Below, one piece after another: positions 1-11,097 of a stretch of DNA of 64,000 bases (position 1 is the stretch's first letter; each line of letters begins with the position of its first letter). The position numbers were made by a program, and so were the translations under genes. This stretch comes from Eledone cirrhosa (Eukaryota): positions 72,106,001 through 72,170,000 of the forward strand of contig OZ024742.1 of assembly GCA_964016885.1 (NCBI GenBank), in the 5' to 3' direction. Under the pieces are notes generated by a model. That model saw only the letters and a list, made by a program, of their open reading frames with translations, ran no database searches and was not told the origin of the DNA.

Positions 1-280
1 AGAAACCAAATAAATACTCCACTCATTCAAGGAACCTTTAAAGAATACTTAGTATGAAACGTTATTTGTGACACGAATTACAATTGTCAACCATATAAAA
101 CAATGTTCATAAAAAGATAGGTATCAGCGACCTACACCGTCGCTACCTTAATTCTACGAGCCTGTACAGTGTGGGAGAACGTTCTCTGACGTGCAGATCC
201 ACCCTAGGTGCAAGCCACCTCGCGATCCCAGCTGATGATAGAATGGAGAAACTCTTGCCCCGGATGATAGCGAGGGAGCT
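1..280 (-). mobile_element. 3' end of a 5'-truncated CRE-clade non-LTR retrotransposon
   Basis: Minus strand from ~278 translates SLAIIRGKSFSILSS, matching the C-terminal SLAVLRGNAFSILS of the CRE copy near 49550; followed by a 3' UTR-like stretch. Confidence 0.55.
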
Positions 281-352
281 ATTGAGTAAAAGGGGCGGGT
301 AGAAGATAGGAGAGACAAGAAAAGGGATAAAGTTTGTATATGAGGTCAGTGA

Positions 353-418
<66 letters not shown>

Positions 419-1264
419 AACACACGTGCGCGCGTCGGTAGACGTGAAGTAGAGCTACACGGTGTACCAGACGAAATAATACTGGAGGAATAAAAGCAAC
501 GCGATACAGTAACAACGATAGGGAGATAGACATAGATGGACAGATGAACATGAAGCTGGTACTAGCAACTGCAACAAAACATACTATGGGGTGTTATGTT
601 AAAATGAATTACTATGGAACTAGCAATGCACTGAGTTATTATCATATTTATGTGACATCTGAAATAACTACAGAATTAAGTAAACGCAGCAATAAAACCA
701 AATATAAGTGTAATGAAAAAATTGATAGTGGAGGACAGAACGGAGTTAATTCACTCACCACCTACAACCCACAGAAATTGATTAACTTCAATAACAATTA
801 CATCACAAATAACAAAACAAAAAGGGGAAATAGATTCATTAGCGACATATTAGATGATTTAGCTCTTCATTTATAACAAACATAACAGTAGATATCACCA
901 GAACTGTCTTTACAGTTCTTAGCAGGAATCCTCCATCCCATGCACAAGTAATATAAAAATATTTAAACTTGCCTACTCTACAGCACCTAACCTAGCAAAT
1001 AATGTAGCAGCAATCAGTAATAAAATATATGTTATTCGCAATTCTTACATTTATGTCCAAGAATGGGGTGGTATTCTGGATTGAGTTTGCGTTGGTGTTG
1101 TGATTGATTGTAAATGTCAAGATGGAATTATTCTTGAGACCATCTTTCACACAATCGGCCTGTTCATCAGTTAGTCACAACAAAGATATCGTCAACATAA
1201 CGGGTGTAGATGGCGTGGTTGTGTTTCGGGACAACTGTTTTTTCCACTTTAGACATGTAGAACT

Positions 1265-1800
1265 ATATAAATGTGAGCAACATACTGCAGATGAACAATG
1301 TGATATATAAATTTCAAAGCAGATATGAAAGTTGTGAACTTCATGATCAAAATGGTTACACCTGTCACACGAACATTAGACTTTGCCATCGTTTAACTAT
1401 GCACTTACATCAAGGAGCCATCGTAACACCTTTCCAGTACATACAAAAAAATGAGATAAAACTACATTAGGCAATAACACAAATTCTATATAGAATTCAA
1501 CACAAATCAAGGCAAACAACTATATAGAGAGACTCGATTAATATCAAAATATAAACCAAAAATGAATACACAGATATAGCCTACGCAAAACTAATTATAA
1601 TAGCTGACATACTTCAACCGTTCAGAAATTTAAAATCAAACATCCACTCTCATGATGCTATAACCAATATGCCACTAGTATGACCATTCTGATTTCGAGG
1701 TTGTTGAAGTCGTGAAGGCTTCGAAACGTTAATATACGCGTGGATTTAGAAACGCCACTGTTCCAAACTAAGCATAAAGAACTAATAATGAACTATGAAA
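1265..1800 (+). mobile_element. Decayed PLE 3' part (GIY-YIG endonuclease remnant plus pLTR)
   Basis: ORF 1273-1470 NNVIYKF...GYTCHT...RLTMHLHQGAI resembles the PLE GIY-YIG pattern NVIYxF...YIGxT...RLTMHLxxGAI; degenerate HHR-like motif at ~1642-1745. Confidence 0.6.
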
Positions 1801-1845
1801 AATAAATCCTTAATAGAAATGATCAAACTGGAACACTGTCGTGTT

Positions 1846-2408
1846 ACATCAGGTTACGAAAGTTTTGTCTGTTTTTTTTTTGGGGGGGGGGGGGGGGTTA
1901 ATAAATCACGAGTTAGGTTTAAAGGTGTCTAACCTCTCAATTATATTTCGAATATGCCGAAATCACTTTCATTTTCTTTCAGATCTTATCAAATTTATCT
2001 TTATTGAAGTTTTTGTATTGGTGCCATGTTCACTCCAATTAAAGAACATATTCGTCATGTTATTCTTTATAAATTTAAAAAACGTAATAGTGCAAGTGCA
2101 ACAGCAAAATCATGCCAAAACACACATGGAGATGGCATATTGACTGAAAGAACATGCAGAAGATGGTTTTCACGATTCAGAAATGGGGACTACAGCCTGC
2201 AGGATGAATCAAGAAAAGGGAGTCCATGAGGGCTGGATCCTGATGCATTGCAAGTCGCAGTTGATGCAAACCCGACCGTTACAGTTTAGGAACTAAGTAC
2301 GACTTCAATGTGAGCCAAACCATTCAACATGAATTGAAAATTGTTGAGTGCCAAAGATTGGAAAATAGGTTCTGCTTGATCTCTCTGCAGACAATCGCAA
2401 ACAACGTG
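1846..2408 (+). mobile_element. mariner transposon 5' fragment (N-terminal HTH of transposase)
   Basis: ORF 2026-2229 KEHIRHVILYKFKK...ERTCRRWFSRFRNGDYSLQDESRKGSP is a typical mariner HTH region; TIR-like sequence near 1846; truncated by the CRE fragment. Confidence 0.85.
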
Positions 2409-3735
2409 TTGCTCCCTTGGGGCCCCAATTACTGACCAAGCATTCGAGTCCATTTTTCTATCTAAGTTGCTCAAGCAATTTTTTAAAAACCTCGAAATCA
2501 TTGAGCCTCCCCAAGGTTTTTTTATTCTCCGGAATTATCTGTCAATCCCTAAGTTACTGTATACCCTAAAAGTTAGTCCTTCTTACAAATTCTCGCCGTC
2601 TCTCCAACGCTTCGACGACCTAATATTCAGTGAGCTCGAGGATGGAGGTCTCACTCTGCGCAAATGTACTTCTTTGTCCCAACTTGCTTTACTACAGTGG
2701 AGAAAGCTGGGTTTGTCAGTTCCTGTTACTGATGAGGATAGACGGAAGCAGCGAGTATGGGACAATCAGCGTTCGAGGGTAACTTTCAACTCTCTCTTTG
2801 ATCATTCCGATCAATTTTCTAGGTGCTGCTTACTTTCTGCAAGCGCAAAGGTCTCAGGGGACTGGATTGATGCCCTGCCTGTGACCAACATTGGTGGCCT
2901 TCTCAGTCAGGACGAACTCCGCATCTCCACTGCACTTCACGCGGGAGCCGACGTCTGTTGGAGTCTGAGATGCCGCTGTGGTGGGTCCCTCGATTCCATA
3001 GGTTTACATGGTTTGTCCTGCCGTCTGAATGCTGCTTGTTTTGTCCGCCACACCAAGTCAATCCTGGTCATCAAACGATCCTTGGCTCGGGTAAATATCC
3101 CCACAGTTCTGGAGTCAACTGGTTTATCCGGAAGTGATAGGAGGTGACCAGACGGTCTTACCCTTTGTCCCTAGGTAAGAGGTAGATGTCTCATCTGCGA
3201 CGTCATAGTCAGTGATTCTTTTACTCCCACCCACATCATCGACGTTGCCGAACGGAATAAAATTCGGAAATACCTGGATTTATCTACTTTAAAACTGATA
3301 ACGTATGGTCTTCTAAATGTTTTTAATTAAACATACGGTATATTGCCAAATATACTATACATACATTCATGTATACATCGCTATTTCAGAGCACAAATCC
3401 TAATACCTAATAATTATTTTTTTCAGCCCGTGGCGTTCGAGACGTTCGGTGGTGTTGGGCCGCTGACAGCGAAGTTTTTGTCATCCCTGGCGGTTCACCT
3501 TACTGAGGTGTCAGGTGATGCCCGTGAGGATGCTTGGTTATTTCAGAACCTTAGCCTCGCTATCAAACGGGGTAATACTGCAAGCGTGTTGACTTGCCTC
3601 AAAGTGTTTAGTTAACCCCTAAGATGTGAAGGGCGGCCGGTTATCACACTTGGTAGTGAATTGTCCCCCTCCTTTTTTTTCCTTTATCATTATTGTTCAA
3701 TGAATTATATTATATTTTTATACAACTAAATAAAA
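2409..3735 (+). mobile_element. CRE-clade non-LTR retrotransposon 3' fragment (RT end, Zn motif, restriction-like endonuclease), pseudogenised
   Basis: LLGAPI; CRCGGSLDSIGLHGLSC; SDRR*PDGLTL (RPDG motif); FQPVAFETFGG...QNLSLAIKRGN; stops and a ~120 bp insertion. Confidence 0.85.
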
Positions 3736-3758
3736 ATGTATTTAATATATAGAAGCAT

Positions 3759-3802
<44 letters not shown>

Positions 3803-4033
3803 GTACACATGCAAACACACAAACATGCTGATATATATTCGCTTATTTAAAAAAAAAGAAGATAGATAGATAGATAGATAAAGGGAAGGGGAGAAGCAGA
3901 GGTATATAAACAGAGAGAAAATGATAAATATATAGATAGATAGATAGAGAGAGAGGGGGGGGGGTAGAAAGAGAGAGACTATGATAGAAATTGAGTGAGT
4001 GAAGGAGTTATAGAGAGAAGACTGAAAACTTAC

Positions 4034-4248
4034 TTCCTCAGGATGTAAGTATTACTTAACAGAAGATAACGGACTCCGTGTAGTGTGCAGTTTTGGATGA
4101 ACTCTGTGCGGCTGCCGAAGGCTCGAACCCAGTTCGGTATGTAAGTCGGCTTCCGTCCAGGCATCTTATAACGATATTCTTCCCCTGGAAAACTTGATTC
4201 TTTCATTGTTTTCGATAAGGATTTAATCCCTAACTCCATATTCCACAT
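4034..4248 (-). CDS. First coding exon of a DEG/ENaC (ASIC/FaNaC-like) sodium channel; gene continues leftwards out of the window
   Basis: EFIQNCTLHGVRYL matches the conserved pre-TM1 HG motif; in-frame TGA 8 codons upstream of the ATG; the exon ends at a consensus donor AA|GTAAGT (4033-4028). Confidence 0.8.
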
Positions 4249-4889
4249 TTTCTCTGGAGGGTAGCCGGGTCAGGTAAGCTCGGTATGGTTTATCTTTTAG
4301 TTTTATTTATATATTTATTTATTTGTTTGTTTATTTATTCATCGACTTTCGGTGTTCCTAGCAGCTGTTGTCGGCGACGTCGGCAATGTTGGTAAGAAGA
4401 GAAGTAGGGAGAGGAATATAATTCTATCCGCTCCAACTTCTTTCTTATTTATTTATTCATCTATTTATTTATTCATCTATTTATTTATTTATTACTTATT
4501 TATCTATTTTTGTGCACGTCTGTGTATATGAGACCAACGACGTATACCACTTCCTGGTGGCTAGACATGTTATAAATATTTTTACAGTTCATGTAAAAAT
4601 ATGATGAGATGGTCATGGGTGGAACACCGTTGAACATAATACAGCAGCTCACTCGTGGAGGATCTGGGATTAAACTGCAGCACAGTATGTGTGAGTGAGA
4701 GAGAGAGGGGGGGGTGGATTGTGTGTGTGTATATGTGTTGGTTTGCCAGTATGTATAGATGACAGTGTGACGGGCTAGAGATGTCGATGATGACGGGTGT
4801 CGTAATTTTACAGTTCTAAGCAAACTAGATATGAACAAATACCGCTGGTAAAAAAAAAATCCTACAAAATGGAGATCTTTTCAAAATAT

Positions 4890-5075
4890 TTGTTTCTACT
4901 TTTGGCACAAGGCCAGCAATTATTTCAGTGTATTACTGGTACTTTATTTTATCGACCCCGTAAGGATGAAAGGCAAAGTTAACCTCGGCGGGATTTGAAC
5001 TCAGTCCGTAAAGGGACGTAACTGTGCTGCAAAGCATGGCGTCCGACCCTCTACCGATACTGCCAATCCCCCGCC
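4890..5075 (-). mobile_element. tRNA-derived octopus-type SINE
   Basis: Reverse strand ggcgggggattggcag...gagttcaaatccc (B-box-like)...ggggtcgataaaataaagtaccagt...ccttgtgcc; same family recurs throughout the window. Confidence 0.85.
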
Positions 5076-5354
5076 CTTTAAAACTATAATGGTATTAGAA
5101 TGAAATAGTATGGTAGGATATTAAATGTTAAGTATTAATTGAACAAGTACTTTCATGCTTTCGCAATCTTCAGGTTCATATTCTGTGGTGACAGTCAAGT
5201 TTGCAATTTTCAACTGTGAAAATTCCAAACTTGACTGTCACCACAGAATATGAACCTGAAGATTACGAAATCATGAAAGTACTTGTTCAATTAATACTTA
5301 ACATTTAATATCCTACCATACTATTTCATTCTAATACCATTATAGTTTTAAAGG
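5075..5354. repeat. ~138 bp-arm fold-back palindrome from a PLE pLTR, one HHR per arm
   Basis: Arms are reverse complements with ~3 mismatches around a 4 nt loop at ~5213-5216. Confidence 0.95.
5140..5178 (-). ncRNA. Minimal type I hammerhead ribozyme
   Basis: tgaac-CTGAAGA-t tgc gaaa gca t-GAAA-gtac-TT-gttca: 5 bp stem I, GNRA-capped stem II, palindromic stem III. The mirror copy at 5251-5289 (+) has a disrupted stem II. Confidence 0.8.
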
Positions 5355-5403
5355 ACTGTAAATAAAACGAGTAAATCAAACAAAGTTGGAATTCCTTTTA
5401 TTA

Positions 5404-5489
<86 letters not shown>

Positions 5490-5490
<1 letters not shown>

Positions 5491-6022
5491 TTATTCCGGG
5501 TTGAATCGAAAGTAACCACAGTAAGTAAGGTACTCAATACATAGCAGAGTATAAAAGTTTTAATATAGAAGAGCTTCTACAGGGCTAGAACTATTTCATT
5601 CGTGAGAAATCATCAGGGAGCTGGCTGTCCAAGTAAGTAGTGGTATTTATATCTTTTCTTTTCTGGTGGTAGGAGAGGGTGGGGATTGGGATGGGTGGAG
5701 GTCATTGGTTGAAGGATTTAAAGAAAAGGGAGTTCATTAAAAGCTAATTCTTTAAAGCTATAGTATTAACAAAGGCAGGAAGAATACTGTAAACAAAATC
5801 ATATTTGGAATACCAATCCTAGTTTATCACTTAGACTAACAATGCCTGTAAGACAGGTATCTACAGGATGGGTGGGTTTCAATGGTTTAAAGGAAAGGGA
5901 AATTCTTTAGAAGCTAATTCTTTAAGGCTGGAATAAGGGTGACAAAGGCAGAGAGGGTTCCATCAACAGATTCAAGTGTTGGGGTGATTCCCCTTATTGT
6001 GAAGTTTCTCTTAATATATATT
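5490..6022 (-). mobile_element. PLE 3' end/pLTR (family A)
   Basis: Contains an HHR; near-identical segments at 18495-18752 (+), 7830-7894 (+) and 42285-42330 (+); abuts (TA)n. Confidence 0.75.
5572..5622 (-). ncRNA. Type I hammerhead ribozyme (family A)
   Basis: agctcc-CTGATGA-t ttc tcac gaa t-GAAA-tag ttctagcc ctg-TA-gaagct; one mismatch in stem I. Confidence 0.7.
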
Positions 6023-6167
6023 CCAGGTGTCGACAAGCACATTCACACACTCGCCCACTTACACATGTACACACACATACACGCACACACAGGCAGGCAC
6101 ACACACAACAAACATACATAATGGTAGAATCACACATACACATATATACACATACATACAAATATGT

Positions 6168-6256
<89 letters not shown>

Positions 6257-6261
6257 AATTT

Positions 6262-6770
6262 TGAGTATATGTTGGTTGTATACCAACACCTCAGTATGCA
6301 GATTGGAGCACTCGACGAAGTGCGCGGGTTGGTTTGGTTACTCCGGATTAATGTAAAATAAAATAAAATAAATAAGTCAAATGTTTAAAATTTGGCTTCA
6401 TTTATTACTGCTATATATATTTCGGTGACAGCCATCTTTGGCTGTGACCTCTTCAGGCAGTCAGAATTAGTGTGGTAGAGATGAGTACACATGTTGTTGA
6501 GGTGTTTAACTTTGTCAATACTCTGATATGCCCAGTTCCTGGTTGGGTTGTTGTTTCATGGAGGAACTGGAATCATATGAATTTAAACAAACGAATTTCA
6601 GCGTCAAAGGACATCTTCTCCTCTCATTGGTCAGTTGTGAGAACATTCCTCCGTCAAAAGTCTACAGAAATTCGTTCTGAGGCAAGGCAATCTGTGGTGG
6701 TTGTTCTTGTAATTGTTAAGTACATCTGACCTCTACTCTTATGTTGGTAGTGGTGTTGGTGTTAGAGTCA
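6262..6770 (-). mobile_element. PLE 3' end/pLTR (family B)
   Basis: Contains an HHR; the tail is shared with 36693-36835; bounded by (TA)n. Confidence 0.7.
6407..6461 (-). ncRNA. Minimal type I hammerhead ribozyme (family B)
   Basis: actgc-CTGAAGA-ggtcacagcca aaga tggctgtcacc-GAAA-tatata-TA-gcagt: perfect stem I, 10 of 11 pairs in stem II, palindromic stem III. Confidence 0.9.
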
Positions 6771-6818
6771 GCTAAAAAAAATGATAAAGTGGTAGAAGGA
6801 ATAAGGTGGTAAAGGAAC

Positions 6819-7813
<995 letters not shown>

Positions 7814-7894
7814 GACACATATGGTATTTGGTATTCCAAATATGATTTTGTTTACAGTATTCTTCCTGCCTTTGTTAATACTATAGCTTTAAAG

Positions 7895-8333
7895 TAAAGG
7901 TTCTCAACGGAGGGCGTTTCGTAGCTCCAGGAGGCGTTATGCAGTAAGGGGGCGTTATTCAGTGAGGGGGGCGTTTGAAACTTTGAGGGCGCTAGAAGCC
8001 CCTTTAGTTTGGTAAGTTTTCTAAGTCATATTTGTACGTCTCTTAGACAGTCAGTGATTTGAATGAAGAAAACAAAGAAAATAAATTAAAGAAGCTTGTC
8101 AACGAATTCCCTAGGGAGATAAAAGAAAATCAAAAGAAATCAAAGAGAATGAAAGTAAGGACTACTTCAACAGAAATGACAAGAAGAAGCAATGGTGGTG
8201 AACATACACACACATACATACATACATACATACATACATACACACACACACATATATACACATACATACACACACACACACATATATATACACACACAGG
8301 CCGGCGTTAATGTTTGATGAAGTTGAGAACCTG
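7895..8333. mobile_element. Decayed non-autonomous hAT (Charlie-like) element
   Basis: Terminal aggttctcaac ... gttgagaacct inverted repeats; no TSD recognisable. Confidence 0.5.
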
Positions 8334-8492
8334 GTCAGCTTTCAGCCAGAAGTGTGGTATTTAATCTCCCTAGGTAATAAAATCTGGCGACAAAAATGTT
8401 CTCATTACCAAAAAAAGAAGATATAGATCATATTAACATCCTTACACACTTAAATATAAATGCATGTATTTATACAAATGTATAAGTGGATA

Positions 8493-9922
8493 ATGACTTG
8501 GGCTTTGGTGTTGGTGTAGAGCAGTGATATCAGGTCCACTATCTTCTTGGGGATTCCATAAGCCTGTAAGATCTTCATCAGGCAGTAACGGTCCACAGAA
8601 TCAAAGGCCTTCCTAAAGTCAATGAAAACCATGACCGCAGGAAGGTACTTTGCTCTAGCTCCCTCTAATATCCTCCTCAGCATCAGGATGTGACTGGTGG
8701 TTGATCTTCCCTCTCTGAAGCCGTTCTGGCTGTCCCTGAGCTTCTTCTCCATCTCAGGCTGGATCCTGTTAAGAATCATCCTGTTGAGGGCCTTTGCCAC
8801 AAGTGATGTCAGTGAGATCCCCCTGTAGTTGTTGGTGTTAGAGAGATCTCCCTTCTTTTGCACCGGGACGATGTTACTGATCCTCCACTGATTCGGGGCA
8901 ACTCCTTTCTCCAGTGCCCGGTTACAGAACCCCAGGATGATATCATCAAAATCACACCTCTTCATCACCTCTGATGCCATTCCATCTTCTCCATGAGCCT
9001 TGCCCTCCAAATGGGATGACAGAGTTCTTTGAGATACTGGCTGGAGTGCTCCAGGGAAATACATTGGCTCCCTACCTTTTTATCATCGTAGTGGACTATT
9101 GTATGCGCCTTGCACTGGAGAAACACCAGGACTCTGGCTTTACTGTAGCACCGGCTCAGAGCAGGAGAGTTAAGGCGAAAAAGGTATCGGATGCTGAATT
9201 TGCCGACGACATAGTTTTGGTGACAAATACAGTGAAGGAGGCAGAGGATTTGATGCAGGAGGTTGAGACTGTGTCGATGAGTGTGGGGCTGAGAATGAAT
9301 GAGACTAAAACAAAATATCTGGTAGAGAATATTGAGAAGCCAGAGGGGATCACTAATGTAGGCGGGAAGCCGCTAGAGTTGGTTGAGGGCTTCCTGTATT
9401 TGGGAGCAAGGATTGGGAATACGGAAGATGATGTGGTTGAGAGGAAGAGCAAAGCCTGGGCGGCGTGCCACAGCTTGAGATCGGTGTGGAAGTCGGACCA
9501 TCGTGAAGACCTGAAAATCCGCCTCTTCATTGCTGTAGTGGAGTCTGTGCTGCTGTACGGGTCTGAGACTTGGACACTGACCAAGAAACTCACTCAGATG
9601 GTGGATGGGTGCTACACGAGAATGCTGAGGATAGCTCTGAACATTAATCAGTATACACTGAAGATGAAAAACTCAGAGCTGTATGGGAGCATCCCAAAAG
9701 TCAGCTCAAAAGTGACACAGAGGAGACTGAGGTTAGCTGGACATGCTCACCGACATCCAGAGTTGACATTGCACTCAGTGCTCCTGTGGAAGCTCCTACA
9801 TGGACACACTAGAAGTGGAAGACCAAGTCTGTTGGAGACGCAGGACATGGCAGCGATAATGAGGGACAGAGACCGCTGGAGAGAACTCGTCCATGGATCT
9901 CGGGAATTTTACCCGCCTTAGA
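8493..9922 (+). mobile_element. RTE-clade LINE, 5'-truncated with inverted 5' segment (8493-~9000 on minus), 11 bp TSD
   Basis: Minus part NYRGISL...DFRKAFDSV...YTNTKAQVI continues in plus part PNGMTEFF...GVLQG...FADD...YGSETW; TSD ataagtggata at 8482-8492 and 9923-9933. Confidence 0.92.
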
Positions 9923-10044
9923 ATAAGTGGATAGCTATATACATACGTAAATGTATGTACATATGCATGGATGTATGTAGATTTATATATATATATATAT
10001 ATATATAAAAATCTACATACATATATATATATAAATATACATAC

Positions 10045-10123
<79 letters not shown>

Positions 10124-10268
10124 TCTCTACATACATACATACATAAATATATATATATAAATCTACATACATACATACATTTATACATACATACATTTAC
10201 GTATGTATATAGCTATGCATTTATACATTTGTATATATATACATGCATTTATATTTAAGTGTGTAAGG

Positions 10269-10337
<69 letters not shown>

Positions 10338-10350
10338 ATATATATATTAT

Positions 10351-10401
<51 letters not shown>

Positions 10402-10405
<4 letters not shown>

Positions 10406-10640
10406 GTGTGACAAGAAGCTTGTTTCCCAACCACATATTTCCGGGTTCAGTCCCACTGCCCAAGGCGACCGAAGCCCTGTGAGTGGATTTGATAGATCGA
10501 AACTAAAAGAAGCCCGTCGTATATCTGTCTGTGTGTGTCTTTGCGTTTGTGTTTTCCCTCCCACCAATGCTTGTTGGTTTGTTGACGTCTCCATAACTTA
10601 CCAAGGTGATGCTCCAGCATGGTCGTAGTCCAGAGACAGA
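10402..10640 (+). mobile_element. Second octopus-type tRNA-derived SINE family, degenerate
   Basis: aagaagcttg..cccaaccacat..ccgggttcagtcccactg head, then gtgagtggattt...aagaagcccgtcg body. Confidence 0.65.
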
Positions 10641-10675
10641 AAAAAAGTTAAATATATGTGTGTGTTTGTGTAGAA

Positions 10676-11080
10676 GAGGGGTCTCAAACTCAAGGACACA
10701 AAAGGGCTATTACGTCCTGGAGGAGAGGCACAGTGGGCCAAACGTGGTGGTGGGTGAAAGTTTTCACCACCTATAATCATTTCTACTATAGGAACAAGGC
10801 ATGAAATTTGGGATTTAGGGTTCAGTCGATTGCATCGATCCTAGTACACAACTGGTACTTAATTCATCGACCCCAAAAGGATGTAAGGCAAAGTTGAGAT
10901 CGGCGGAATTTGAACTCAGAACGTAAAAACGGAAGAAGTACCATTAAGCATTTCGCCAGATGTGCTAACGATTCCACCAGCTCGCCGCCTTATTTTCATC
11001 AGTTAAAATGCGATGTGAAATATTGGTTCTACCACGGGCCACAGATAAGTAGTTCGCGGGCCGCATGTGTGAGCCCCCTG
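10676..11080. mobile_element. hAT MITE carrying a nested minus-strand SINE (~10775-10990)
   Basis: aggggtctcaaac ... gcgggccgcatgtgtgagccccctg termini; weak TSD; SINE of the 4890 family inside. Confidence 0.6.
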
Positions 11081-11097
11081 CTGGAGATAAATAGATA

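Noticed and set aside
226-262. CTGATGA...GAAAC resembling a hammerhead core
   Set aside because: No stems I, II or III; it is the antisense of the CRE C-terminal coding sequence.
544-876. 110 aa ORF
   Set aside because: AT-rich with no recognisable motif or splice support.
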